Both the position numbers and the translations under genes were made by a program. DNA of 59,996 nt, counting the filler. It is 7 parts of 7 records of this genome, joined end to end, with 100 filler letters (N's around TTAATTAATTAA, not from the genome) between each part and the next. Parts side by side here need not be neighbours in the genome. Positions count along the whole stretch, not along the records: positions 40,178 to 51,792 come from SRR31156797_66390; positions 51,893 to 59,996 come from SRR31156797_66406; 5 more parts are not named here. One strand, given 5' to 3'. The number at the start of each line of letters is the position of its first letter. Within the stretch, counting starts at the first letter, position 1. The notes under the pieces were generated by a model, which made no database searches, had not been told where the DNA came from, and worked only from the letters and a program-made list of their open reading frames with translations. Shown here piece after piece: positions 48,962 through 58,814 of the stretch.

Positions 48962-49687
48962 ATGGCCAGGCGGTATGCATTATTTTTTTCTCCTGAAATC
49001 GGATCTCCCCTGGATGATTTTGGCAGGAGGTGGCTGCGTAGAGACGCCGGCGGCGGCGATTTGCCGGCGCCGATAACCGCGCCGGGTATAAAGGATGACA
49101 GATTGGCGCAAATAACTTCTTCGCCCCGTCACTACGGCTTCCACGGCACGCTCAAGCCGCCATTCGAATTGGCTCCCGATCAGAGTGCAGAAAGGTTTTA
49201 TGAAGCCGTTGAAAAATTTACCGTCGATTGTCTGCCCTTTCATATCAAGGGATTGGTTCCCCAATGGATAGGCAGGTTTCTGGCCCTTGTCCCGTCGGAA
49301 AGGGATCATCGCCTGATGGAGCTGGCTGATAACTGCGTTCGGAATTTTGATGTTTTCAGGGCGGAGCCTAAAACTGAAGAACTTGAAAAACGACGTGCGG
49401 CCGGGCTGTCGCCCCGGCAGGAAGAACTGCTGCGAAAGTGGGGCTATCCTTATGTGCTGGATGAATTCGGGTTTCATCTCACCCTGACCGGCCATATGGA
49501 AAATGAATCGGAAAAAGAATTGATCTATAAGGCTGTGGCGCCTCATGTCGCCGGGTTTGCCGACGCCCCTGTCCGCGTGGCCGAACTTTGCGTATATGAA
49601 CAGGAAGACAAGCAGACTCCTTTTGTTATCACTAAAAGATATCCATTCGGCCGCTCATCTTCTTTAAAAGGCGCCTATCCCTGTTAA
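48962..49687 (+). CDS. DUF1045 family 2H phosphoesterase-like protein
   Basis: RYA.FF.P, PRHYGFHGTLKPPF, WGYPYV...F.FHLTLTG (two HxT motifs). Confidence 0.88.
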   Translation: MARRYALFFSPEIGSPLDDFGRRWLRRDAGGGDLPAPITAPGIKDDRLAQITSSPRHYGFHGTLKPPFELAPDQSAERFYEAVEKFTVDCLPFHIKGLVPQWIGRFLALVPSERDHRLMELADNCVRNFDVFRAEPKTEELEKRRAAGLSPRQEELLRKWGYPYVLDEFGFHLTLTGHMENESEKELIYKAVAPHVAGFADAPVRVAELCVYEQEDKQTPFVITKRYPFGRSSSLKGAYPC

Positions 49688-49970
49688 ACGCATTTTGTCT
49701 TCCAGGGCCGTGAATTTATTCCGCAACTTACTGAGCCGGATCCGGATTAAGCGGTAAGTCATGAAAGGATTTATTTGGCGCCCCTGTTTACGCCCGAGTT
49801 CCTGACAATAGTTGCAGCAATTTAAATGCTTGATAACACCCTGTAATAACAGCATAAAGAACACAGTCGCCTTATGGTCAAGTTGACAGTTCCTTCCTGA
49901 GTTTCACCACGACCATTCACTCATCCGCCTGTTAAGACAGCCTTTAAAAGTTGTCTAGTCATCTCTGTAT

Positions 49971-49999
49971 TTGTCTTGGGGTTGTCATCTTTTCGTCGT
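49971..49999 (+). promoter_or_regulatory. Pho-box-like 11-bp-phased direct repeats upstream of PHP-phnC
   Basis: TTGTCTT (49971), TTGTCAT (49982), TCGTCGT (49993). Confidence 0.55.
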
Positions 50000-50057
50000 G
50001 AAAAAGAGCATGTATTCTGTAAAATCAAATTAAAAACTATCGGGGGTAAACCGGATT

Positions 50058-50891
50058 TTGCATCAGAGAGATTTACACGTTCATACCAAGTATTGCCGAC
50101 ACGCCGAAGGCGAGATGGAAGACTATGTCAAGGCTGGTATTGAGAAGGGGCTGGTCGAAATCGGCTTTTTGGCTCACGCGGAATCGGGAATAAACAGTCC
50201 AAGGCGCTTATGGTTGACCGAGGAAGAGTTGGATGAATACTGGTTGGAAGGCCGGAAACTGAAAGAAGAGTACAAGAACAGGATTCACGTTTCCACGGGT
50301 TTGGAATTGGGGTTGAATCCAAAAGACATGCCCGGTATTGAAGGTATTTTGGATAGACATCCCTGGGATCGAATCGGACTCTCGTTCCACTATGTTGATT
50401 ATAAGGGCGAACTGCTTAATATTTGTTCCCGAAAAAGCATAGAGAGATTGAAAAATGTGGATCCTTATATCATTAATATGGAGTATTATTCCTGCCTGCT
50501 TCAACATCTTTCCATAATCAAGCCTGATTTTGTCTGCCATTTCGATGTGGTCAGGAAGTTCATGCCTGACGTCTCCGGTGCGGAGGCAGTCAATTCACTT
50601 ATTATAAAAATTCTCAGATTAATGGCTGAACTGGGGGTCGCCCTGGAGGTAAACACTTCCGGATATAAATGGATTGACTCCCCATATCCGGCGCCATGGA
50701 TCCTCAGGGAGGCGGCGGACCTTAACATACCCCTGGTTTTGTGCTCGGACAGTCACCATCCCGGGGATGTTGGACGTTATTTCGATAGGGCTAAAACTTA
50801 TGTCGATGAGGCGGTCGGCTTCGTAGGGATAATTTCCGAAAAAACCGGACCGGCCTGCCGAATAGAAAGGACGGGAGCTGAAAAATGCTGA
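50058..50891 (+). CDS. PHP-domain phosphatase, HisJ family (start uncertain)
   Basis: DLHVHT..C.HA, H.E, H.D, LEVNTSG, SDSH. Confidence 0.88.
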   Translation: MHQRDLHVHTKYCRHAEGEMEDYVKAGIEKGLVEIGFLAHAESGINSPRRLWLTEEELDEYWLEGRKLKEEYKNRIHVSTGLELGLNPKDMPGIEGILDRHPWDRIGLSFHYVDYKGELLNICSRKSIERLKNVDPYIINMEYYSCLLQHLSIIKPDFVCHFDVVRKFMPDVSGAEAVNSLIIKILRLMAELGVALEVNTSGYKWIDSPYPAPWILREAADLNIPLVLCSDSHHPGDVGRYFDRAKTYVDEAVGFVGIISEKTGPACRIERTGAEKC

Positions 50892-51709
50892 AAATAAAAA
50901 ACCTGGCCAAGGATTTCGGCGCGGTTCGCGCTGTTAACAACATTACCACCCATATTGATTCCGGAGAAATGGTCGGAGTTATCGGCCTATCGGGCGCGGG
51001 TAAATCCACACTATTAAGGTTGATAAATCGATTGAATGATCCTACTTCGGGCGAAGTTAGTTTTGGAGACGTTCAGGTCAGCGGCTTGAAGGGCGGCGAA
51101 CTGCGCAATTGGCGTTCAAAGTGCGCCATGATTTTTCAGCAGTTTAACCTGGTCGGCCGGCTTAATGTGCTAACGAATGTTCTTATCGGTCGTTTGGGAT
51201 ACAGGCCGACAATTCCTTCCCTGGTAAAAAGATTCACTCCGGTTGAAAAAGCCATGGCCGTTGAGGCCCTTGACCGTCTGGACATGCTGCCGACTGCTTT
51301 GCAAAGAGCGGATACACTGTCGGGCGGTCAGCAGCAGCGCGTGGCCATAGCCAAGGCCCTGGTGCAGGAGCCGGGCATTTTGCTCGCCGATGAACCCATT
51401 GCTTCCCTGGATCCGCACAACGCGGCCAAGGTCATGGATGCACTGGCCGATATCAACCGGGAAGACGGCATTACGGTGATATGCAATCTTCACCATCTTA
51501 ATACAGCCAAATCATATTGCCGGCGGATCATAGGCATGTCCCACGGTCGAATAGTTTTCGACGGGCCTCCCTGTGATCTTACGGATGAAAAAATAAGCCT
51601 TATATACGGATGCGACAATAATAGCGATGAAATGGCCCGGGCGCTTTGGCAGTCGCCCGGAGGCGCCGAAGGACCGGCGATGGGGATGCCCGCCGCGGCG
51701 CTCGCCTAA
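50885..51709 (+). CDS. phnC: Phosphonate/phosphite ABC transporter ATPase
   Basis: GLSGAGKSTLLR, MIFQQFNLV.RL.V..NVL.GRL, LSGGQQQRVAIA, DEPIASLDP. Confidence 0.93.
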   Translation: MLKIKNLAKDFGAVRAVNNITTHIDSGEMVGVIGLSGAGKSTLLRLINRLNDPTSGEVSFGDVQVSGLKGGELRNWRSKCAMIFQQFNLVGRLNVLTNVLIGRLGYRPTIPSLVKRFTPVEKAMAVEALDRLDMLPTALQRADTLSGGQQQRVAIAKALVQEPGILLADEPIASLDPHNAAKVMDALADINREDGITVICNLHHLNTAKSYCRRIIGMSHGRIVFDGPPCDLTDEKISLIYGCDNNSDEMARALWQSPGGAEGPAMGMPAAALA

Positions 51710-51792
51710 GTTTTAACCTTTATACAACATAGCCTGGGTGTATTGCAGAGGCTTTAATTAGCGCCTGTCCATAAATGGCTATTTTTCCCAAT

Positions 51793-51892
51793 NNNNNNNN
51801 NNNNNNNNNNNNNNNNNNNNNNNNNNNNNNNNNNNNTTAATTAATTAANNNNNNNNNNNNNNNNNNNNNNNNNNNNNNNNNNNNNNNNNNNN
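51793..51892. other. Artificial contig spacer
   Basis: N linker. Confidence 0.99.
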
Positions 51893-52297
51893 ATGATGTG
51901 GAAATACAAGGATCCCCAGACCGGTGAACTCAAAGCCTTGAAAATCGATGAACGCTTTATCGCCAGTGTGGAAGAAAGACTGGGTCTCAAGACAAAAGAG
52001 CAGAAAGAGACGTTTCGGACTTCCATCCGCAAGATTTACGGACAAAAGATTTCCGTACGTCCCGATTATGATTTCATGGACAATCTGGAACTGGTCAAGG
52101 CGGTCACCGATGTTCGGCTTAAATCGGATATCTCGGGGGCCGGAAGCCTCATCGGCGCCCTTGCCAATCGCACCAATGAAGAAAACAAAAGGCTGTATGA
52201 TCGCATGGTGGATACCATGCTCAATAAACTCAACTATTGCAGGACATGCGCTCAGAAAACCCTGGAGTACTTCTGTACCCAGGAGGATGATCAATAG
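51893..52297 (+). CDS. prkA: PrkA/YeaG serine kinase, C-terminal fragment
   Basis: DERF..S.EE.LG...FR, M...L.YC..CA...L.Y; upstream of the yeaH-like gene. Confidence 0.8.
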   Translation: MMWKYKDPQTGELKALKIDERFIASVEERLGLKTKEQKETFRTSIRKIYGQKISVRPDYDFMDNLELVKAVTDVRLKSDISGAGSLIGALANRTNEENKRLYDRMVDTMLNKLNYCRTCAQKTLEYFCTQEDDQ

Positions 52298-52315
52298 GGA
52301 ACCGGAAGGTGTACC

Positions 52316-53551
52316 ATGGATAGAGATCCTTCTAAAAACAAAGCGCTGGAGCATGACCTGCCTTCCATTGAGGTGGTCACGGGTTCGGATCGAAGCTACA
52401 CCGCCCGTATCCATACGGTGGATGAACTGCTTGAAAGGGACAAACAGAGAGAGGAAGACGGTTTCCCCCGCAAGATCCGGGTGGGACGGATGATTAAGCC
52501 GGGCAAGGGGGACAAGGACAAAATCGTCATCGTTCCCACCACCGTGGAAGAAAAATTCATCCACGACCGGTCTTATGAGGAGGAAGAAGAAGGCGCATCG
52601 GGAGGGACGGGGGAAGGGGAAGAGGGGGAGGTCATCGGCGAACAACCGGTTCAGGATGAAGCCGGGGAAGGCGGGGCAGGCGAAGGGGAAGGCGGCCCCC
52701 ACGAAATGGAATCCAGCGCCTATGACCTGGGGAGGGTGCTGACGGAGCAGTTTGAACTGCCCAACCTGAAGGAGAAGGGGAAAAAACGGTCTCTTACCCA
52801 TTACAGCTATGACCTCACCGACAAAAATCGCGGGGTCGGCCAGGTTCTGGATAAAAAAGCCACCCTGAAACAGATCGTGGAGACCAACATCCATCTGGGA
52901 AACCTGCCGGACCGGGAAGACATTGACCCGACCCGTTTTGTCATATCCCCCCGGGATATGATTTACCGGATTTTGTCCCGTGAAATCGATTACGAATCCC
53001 AGGCCCTGGTATTTTTCTTGAGGGATTACTCCGGGTCCATGCTGGGGAAACCCACGGAACTGGTGGTCTCCCAGCATGTGTTGATCTACAGTTGGCTCCT
53101 GTATCAGTATGCAAGGCAGGTGGAATCCCGTTTTATCCTCCATGATACGGAGGCAAAGGAGGTCTCCGATTTTTACACCTATTACAACTCCAGGGTGGCC
53201 GGTGGGACAAAGGTGGTGGCGGCCTACCGGCTGGTGAATGAAATCGTCCGAAAAGAGGACCTGGCAAGGGACTATAATATCTACATATTCCACGGTACGG
53301 ACGGTGATGACTGGGACAGGGAGGGAAAAGAGACCGTACCCGAACTGAAAACCATGCTCACCTACGCCAATCGGATCGGCATCACCATCGTGGAAAGTTC
53401 ATTTCGAGCGGGTGGAAAATCAGAAATGGACAAATACATCGCCGCCTCAAAACTTCTTGAAGAAAACCCCACGCTGCTTCGGGTGGATACCATGAAAGAA
53501 GACGCTGATGAAGCGCGTCTCATTGAAGGGATCAAAAAGCTGATCGATTAA
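52316..53551 (+). CDS. DUF444 / YeaH-YhbH family vWA-like protein
   Basis: G.G.GE.GEVIG...GEG.AGEG, LELPNL, D.SGSM, GGT, FHGTDGD. Confidence 0.88.
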   Translation: MDRDPSKNKALEHDLPSIEVVTGSDRSYTARIHTVDELLERDKQREEDGFPRKIRVGRMIKPGKGDKDKIVIVPTTVEEKFIHDRSYEEEEEGASGGTGEGEEGEVIGEQPVQDEAGEGGAGEGEGGPHEMESSAYDLGRVLTEQFELPNLKEKGKKRSLTHYSYDLTDKNRGVGQVLDKKATLKQIVETNIHLGNLPDREDIDPTRFVISPRDMIYRILSREIDYESQALVFFLRDYSGSMLGKPTELVVSQHVLIYSWLLYQYARQVESRFILHDTEAKEVSDFYTYYNSRVAGGTKVVAAYRLVNEIVRKEDLARDYNIYIFHGTDGDDWDREGKETVPELKTMLTYANRIGITIVESSFRAGGKSEMDKYIAASKLLEENPTLLRVDTMKEDADEARLIEGIKKLID

Positions 53552-53562
53552 GGGCAACCGGC

Positions 53563-55227
53563 ATGGAACTGATCAACCAGCATACCAAAAAAATCATGGA
53601 AGGGTGTAAGGAGCGGGCCAGGGAAGCCGGGCTCAGTTTTCAGGACCAGACCCTGGAATACATCGTGACCAACAGGGACCTCCTTGAATTGTCCCCGAAA
53701 CTCATGATCCCCACCCTTTACGACTACTGGGTCCATGATGTGGAGGTACTCAGGGAAAAGGGGAGGTATGAGCTTTACCCGTCTAACCCTTATGAAACGG
53801 TCATCAACACCCGTCCCGCCATCTCCTTCTACAACGACAACAACCCCGACTGGTTGAACGTGATGATTTTCTATCATGTGATTGCCCATATGGATTTTTT
53901 TCAGAACAACCTCTTTTTCCGCAATACCTGGAATTACGATTTCAACGGTCAGGCCCTTTCCGATAAACGGGCCATCGCCAAGCTCAGGAGCGAGAAAGGG
54001 CGGTGGGTCGATTATGTCATCGAGTTTACCCGGGGGATTGATAATCTGGTGGGGTATTTTGAGGAACTCTCCGGCTTGAGCCGGCTTCCGGAACCGGATT
54101 GGTCAAAGCGTCTCAATTTCTACTTCGATGTTTTCCTGCAGACCGTCAAGAAGGTAAAAGTAGGCGAATACATAAAGGAAGTGGAGAGATACAACGAATG
54201 TATGGAAGCGTATGGAAAGGCCCGGGCCGAGGAATTTTTCTTCTCGGAGGTCAACAAGGAATCCCCGGAATTCGGAGCGCTTTTTGAAAAAAGCCTTGAA
54301 GAGCGCCCCAAAAGAGAATTTGATCTGATCCACCATCTCATGGCCCATTCGGATTTTCTGAATAGAGAAGAAAACCGGTGGATGAAGATCGTCATGCAGA
54401 TCGTTGGAAAGACATCCCTCTTTTTTCAGCCCCAGATACGAACCAAAATCATGAATGAGGGGTGGGCGAGCTACTGGCATGAAACCCTTTTCCTGAAGGA
54501 CGACCGGATAGATGGCCATGAGGTGGATTTTGCGCGGGTCAACGCAAAGGTGACGGCCATGCCCCGGGTGGGACTGAACCCTTATGCCCTGGGGATGCGG
54601 CTCTTCTATTTCATCGAGGAAATGGGGGACAAGGGAAAGCTCTCCTTGGAATATGAGCGGATCAAGGATCTGGAAAAACGTGAAAAATTTGATGCGGGGA
54701 CATGCAAAGGGCGCGACCTTATTTTTAAGGTAAGGGAGGATTTTTCCGATTTTTCCTTTATTAACACCTTCCTTGAAGATGATTTCATACGGCAAAACAA
54801 ACTCTTTGTCAGTGGGAAAAGATTGAATCGAAGAAAGGGGGTCTGGGAGTTTTTCGTAAAAAGCAGAGACCCGGAAGATTATCGCCGGATGCTGCTGGAT
54901 TCCCTGTACCATCCGCCCCATGTGGAAATTGACGCCCTAAAGAGCGTGGACCACAATCTCTACCTGGTCCATCGCTTTGAAGGAAAACCGCTGGTAAAGG
55001 AATTTATCGCCAATACCATGATGGGGATTGCGTTTTTGTGGGATGGGCAGGTCCAATTGGAGACCAGTAAACCGGTTTTGCCTTCTCCCGTGGAAAAACA
55101 ATCCGCAAGTGCATACCAGCTTGCTCCTTTCAAGCAGGAGAAAAAAGAAAAAAAGACTGAATGGCAGCGGGTGCTTTACACCATGAAGGACCGGAAGCTC
55201 TCGGAAAGACCGCTCATTCGCCATTAA
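53563..55227 (+). CDS. SpoVR / YcgB family protein
   Basis: YE.VIN, HV.AH.DFF.NN, PQI.TKIMNEGWASYWH, NPY.LG. Confidence 0.93.
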   Translation: MELINQHTKKIMEGCKERAREAGLSFQDQTLEYIVTNRDLLELSPKLMIPTLYDYWVHDVEVLREKGRYELYPSNPYETVINTRPAISFYNDNNPDWLNVMIFYHVIAHMDFFQNNLFFRNTWNYDFNGQALSDKRAIAKLRSEKGRWVDYVIEFTRGIDNLVGYFEELSGLSRLPEPDWSKRLNFYFDVFLQTVKKVKVGEYIKEVERYNECMEAYGKARAEEFFFSEVNKESPEFGALFEKSLEERPKREFDLIHHLMAHSDFLNREENRWMKIVMQIVGKTSLFFQPQIRTKIMNEGWASYWHETLFLKDDRIDGHEVDFARVNAKVTAMPRVGLNPYALGMRLFYFIEEMGDKGKLSLEYERIKDLEKREKFDAGTCKGRDLIFKVREDFSDFSFINTFLEDDFIRQNKLFVSGKRLNRRKGVWEFFVKSRDPEDYRRMLLDSLYHPPHVEIDALKSVDHNLYLVHRFEGKPLVKEFIANTMMGIAFLWDGQVQLETSKPVLPSPVEKQSASAYQLAPFKQEKKEKKTEWQRVLYTMKDRKLSERPLIRH

Positions 55228-55243
55228 CAGTAAATCCTGAATT

Positions 55244-57607
55244 TTGGTGAATACAATGGAAACCGGAGAAAACACCAGAAGGGCCATGGAGATCATCACC
55301 GGCAACAGGGGTGACGGGGATCAACGGACGCCGCTTCCCTTTGAAACCTTTGTGGAACAGCTTGCCGAAAAACCGGCTTTCCTGTTGCGTAACATCTTCC
55401 AGATTTTTCACGACATGGTAAAGGGGCACCTGGGGGAAGGGGCCGACGAGTACCCGGATGACCATGAGTCCATCGGTTTTTATGAATACGATTGCACCTC
55501 CCTTTTTGTGGAGAGAGTGGACCATCCGTTTTTTGCCGACCGGATTTTTGCAAACCGGCTGATGGATCTTGTCAATGCCATGAAAAGGAGCGCCCAGCAG
55601 AACAAGATCTATATTTTTGACGGACCGCCGGGATGCGGTAAAAGCACCTTTTTGAACAATCTGCTCACAAAATTCGAGGAATATGCCAACAGTGAGGACG
55701 GATTCCGCTTTGAAATCATGTGGCGTCTGGACAGAAAGGGACTGGGGTGTGCAATGGAAACGCCGGCCAACCCGCTGCTGAAAAGACTGGCCCAATTGCT
55801 GGAGGAAGGCTCTGAAACGGACCGGATGGGGGCTTCGCATGTGGCGGATTATTCCCGCCGGATAACCGGCGAAGATTGGGATGGGGGAGAAGCCGCGGCT
55901 ATCCGTACCGGGGAAAGGATCATTGAGATTCCCTGCCCATGCCATGATCATCCCGTCCTGATGATCCCGAAAGGTGTGCGACACCTCTTTTTCAGGGAAC
56001 TGTTCAGGGGGCATGGCTTTAAGGAAAAGCTTTTCAAGGAAAAAGAATACGGCTGGGTCTTCAGGGATAACCCCTGTACCATCTGCAGTTCCATTTTTTC
56101 AGCGCTTCTGGAGTGCCGGCAGAGCCTTTCGGAAATCTTTAAAATGCTTTATGTAAAGTCGTACAGGGTCAACAGACGCCGGGGGGAAGGGATCACCGTT
56201 TTTAATCCCGGCGACCCGTCCATGAAGCCGCATTCCCTGTCCAATCCCATGCTGCAGAAAAAAATAGACCGGCTGTTCGGGGACAGCAACCTGGTGAAGT
56301 ACGTTTTTTCCCGGTACGCCAAAACCAACAACGGCATTTATGCGCTCATGGACGTCAAGTCAAACAACAGCAAGCGGCTCATCCGGCTCCACAACATCAT
56401 CAGTGAAGGCGTCTACAAAGTGGAAGACCTGGAAGAAAACGTCTATTCCCTCTTTTTAGCGGTCATGAACCCGGAAGACAAAAACGAGATCAAGGATATC
56501 CAGTCTTTTGCGGACCGTATTGAATACATCAATATCCCCTATATCATGGATCATGTAACGGAGGTGGAAATCTACCGAAGCGTTTTTGGAAGGCAGATCG
56601 AGAAAAGCTTTCTTCCCCGGGTGCTTCACAATTTTGCCAGGGTCATTATTTCATCACGGCTGAATGTGAAATCGGAGGCCCTGCTGGAATGGATCGGTGA
56701 CCCGGAGAAATACCGGGCCTATTGCGACACCAACCTCCAGCTCCTGAAGATGGAACTTTATGCCGGGTTCATTCCGTCGTGGCTTTCGGAGGAAGATCTC
56801 AAATTATTTAATAAAAAGCGGAGACGAAAGATCCTTGCGGAAGCGGAGACGGAAGGAAGAAAAGGGTTTTCGGGCCGGGATTCCATCAAAATTTTTAATG
56901 AATTTTATTCTATCCTCGCCAAGGAAAACAAACTCATCAATATGAATATGCTGTGTCATTTTTTCACCAAGACCCGGCAGGATCTGGGAAAATCCATCCC
57001 TTCGGGTTTTCTGGATTCCCTCCTTCACATGTACAACTACACCACCTTGCAGGAAGTAAAGGAGTCGCTTTACTATTACAATGAGGAACAGATTTCCCAT
57101 AATGTTCAGAACTATCTGTTTGCATTGAATTTTGAAGTGGGGACCGTAGAGGTCTGTAAATTCACGGGAGAAAAAATACACATTACGGAAGAATACCTCT
57201 CCGGGATTGAAAAAAACCTTTTCAACGGTGAAGTGGATGAGGCCAGGCGCATCACTTTTAGAAAAGAGACCCAGAAGGAATATACCTCCAGAACCCTGAC
57301 CCAGGAAATCATGGTGGAAGGACGTACCATCGTTGAAACGACCCTGTATCAGTCCATGCATGATCGGTATGTGCACCATCTGAAAGAGAGCGTCCTGGAT
57401 CCTTTCCTCAAAAATGAAAACTTCAGGCGCGCCATCAAGGACTACGGTAAAGAGGATTTCAAGACCTATGACGAGAAAATCAGGGATGATGTGAGCTACA
57501 TGATCCATAATCTGTGCGAGAAACTCGGCTATTCGAGGCAGGGGGCCAAGGAAGTCTGTATCTATGTGGTGGACAACCAGCTCGCGGGTAAGGTCTCCGA
57601 CACATGA
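55244..57607 (+). CDS. Second, divergent PrkA-type AAA/serine kinase
   Basis: GPPGCGKST, CP..DHP, A..DR...I.IPY......E.EIY, EG..G.SGR, LGYS..GA.E. Confidence 0.85.
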   Translation: MVNTMETGENTRRAMEIITGNRGDGDQRTPLPFETFVEQLAEKPAFLLRNIFQIFHDMVKGHLGEGADEYPDDHESIGFYEYDCTSLFVERVDHPFFADRIFANRLMDLVNAMKRSAQQNKIYIFDGPPGCGKSTFLNNLLTKFEEYANSEDGFRFEIMWRLDRKGLGCAMETPANPLLKRLAQLLEEGSETDRMGASHVADYSRRITGEDWDGGEAAAIRTGERIIEIPCPCHDHPVLMIPKGVRHLFFRELFRGHGFKEKLFKEKEYGWVFRDNPCTICSSIFSALLECRQSLSEIFKMLYVKSYRVNRRRGEGITVFNPGDPSMKPHSLSNPMLQKKIDRLFGDSNLVKYVFSRYAKTNNGIYALMDVKSNNSKRLIRLHNIISEGVYKVEDLEENVYSLFLAVMNPEDKNEIKDIQSFADRIEYINIPYIMDHVTEVEIYRSVFGRQIEKSFLPRVLHNFARVIISSRLNVKSEALLEWIGDPEKYRAYCDTNLQLLKMELYAGFIPSWLSEEDLKLFNKKRRRKILAEAETEGRKGFSGRDSIKIFNEFYSILAKENKLINMNMLCHFFTKTRQDLGKSIPSGFLDSLLHMYNYTTLQEVKESLYYYNEEQISHNVQNYLFALNFEVGTVEVCKFTGEKIHITEEYLSGIEKNLFNGEVDEARRITFRKETQKEYTSRTLTQEIMVEGRTIVETTLYQSMHDRYVHHLKESVLDPFLKNENFRRAIKDYGKEDFKTYDEKIRDDVSYMIHNLCEKLGYSRQGAKEVCIYVVDNQLAGKVSDT

Positions 57608-57655
57608 TGCCATCCGGTTTCCTCACACCATTTGGGTAATTATACGGCAGGTGAG

Positions 57656-58759
57656 ATGTCGTTCAAACTTCCGAAATACAGCCATCCCGACTTCACTCGA
57701 CCGTTTCTTGCGGAGGCCCCTGAAGTTATCTTCAAAAAGGTCGAAAAGGCGGGGGTGGCCCCTTTAAACTATCACGCCACATCCATCTATCCGGAATATT
57801 TTCATCTGGGAAAAGGGGAATGGCGCCTTCTCAGGGAAACGCGCATGGACTGTGTGGTGACCCGGGAAAAAGACGGTTCCCTATCGGTCAGGGAATTCCG
57901 GCATCTGAAACCCGGCGACCGGGTGGCCTGCGGGAGGAAGGAAGACGGATCCGAGGGGGTCTTTGTAAATTCCGATCCTTTTGGTTGTGATGGGAACAAT
58001 GCCCACGGCTTCGCCTTTCGAACACGGATCACTCGGGAGACCTCCTTTTCCATCGACTACGATCAGCTTTATGATCTCCTTGTCCATGAGCGGAAAAACG
58101 GCTTCATCATCTGGGTCCTGGGGCCGGCCGTGGTCTTTGACAGGGATGCCCGAAATGCCTTTGTGCGCCTTGTGGCGCGGGGGTATGTGCATGCCATGCT
58201 GGCCGGAAATGCATTGGCCGTGCACGATGTGGAGGCATCATTTTTTAAAACGGCCCTGGGACAGGACGTCTATTCCAAAGAGGCCGCCCCCCTTGGGCAC
58301 TACCATCACCTTGATGCCGTCAATCTTATGCGGGCCATCGGCTCCATTGAAAAAGGGGTTCGTGAAGGATCGGTGAACACGGGCATCATGAGGGCGCTCA
58401 TCCAAAAGAGCGTTCCCTATGTATTGGCCGGTTCCATCCGGGATGACGGCCCCCTTCCGGAAGTGATAGGGGACGTCTACCTGGCCCAGGATCGGATGCG
58501 GGCACTGGCACGCCGGGGAACCACGGTCATTTCGCTGGCCACGCAGCTTCATGCCATTGCCACGGGAAACATGGTCCCTTGCTATCAGGTAACCGGGGAT
58601 AATCGGGTACGGCCGGTCTTTTTCTATACCGTGGATATGTCCGAATTTGCCGTGAACAAGCTGGCCAACCGGGGATCCCTCTCGGTCCGCTCCATCCTCA
58701 CCAATGTTCAGGATTTTGTGGTCACGGTGGAGCGGGGGTTGAGAAAGCGGGAACCTTAG
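57656..58759 (+). CDS. Ornithine cyclodeaminase-like protein (TIGR00300 / ArgZ-AgrE C-terminal-like)
   Basis: GV.P..Y.AT, RMD.VV, GPAVV, AGNALA.HD.E, GH.HHL, VLAGSIRDDGPLP, LH.IA.GN. Confidence 0.8.
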   Translation: MSFKLPKYSHPDFTRPFLAEAPEVIFKKVEKAGVAPLNYHATSIYPEYFHLGKGEWRLLRETRMDCVVTREKDGSLSVREFRHLKPGDRVACGRKEDGSEGVFVNSDPFGCDGNNAHGFAFRTRITRETSFSIDYDQLYDLLVHERKNGFIIWVLGPAVVFDRDARNAFVRLVARGYVHAMLAGNALAVHDVEASFFKTALGQDVYSKEAAPLGHYHHLDAVNLMRAIGSIEKGVREGSVNTGIMRALIQKSVPYVLAGSIRDDGPLPEVIGDVYLAQDRMRALARRGTTVISLATQLHAIATGNMVPCYQVTGDNRVRPVFFYTVDMSEFAVNKLANRGSLSVRSILTNVQDFVVTVERGLRKREP

Positions 58760-58814
58760 CAATCTTCCGGCCCGCCTTTTCCGAGTGCCGCTTTCGGACT
58801 GACGGAATGGTAAC

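Noticed and set aside
52575-52700. Purine-rich GGGGAAGG repeats in the DUF444 gene
   Set aside because: They encode the Gly/Glu-rich linker typical of YeaH-family proteins
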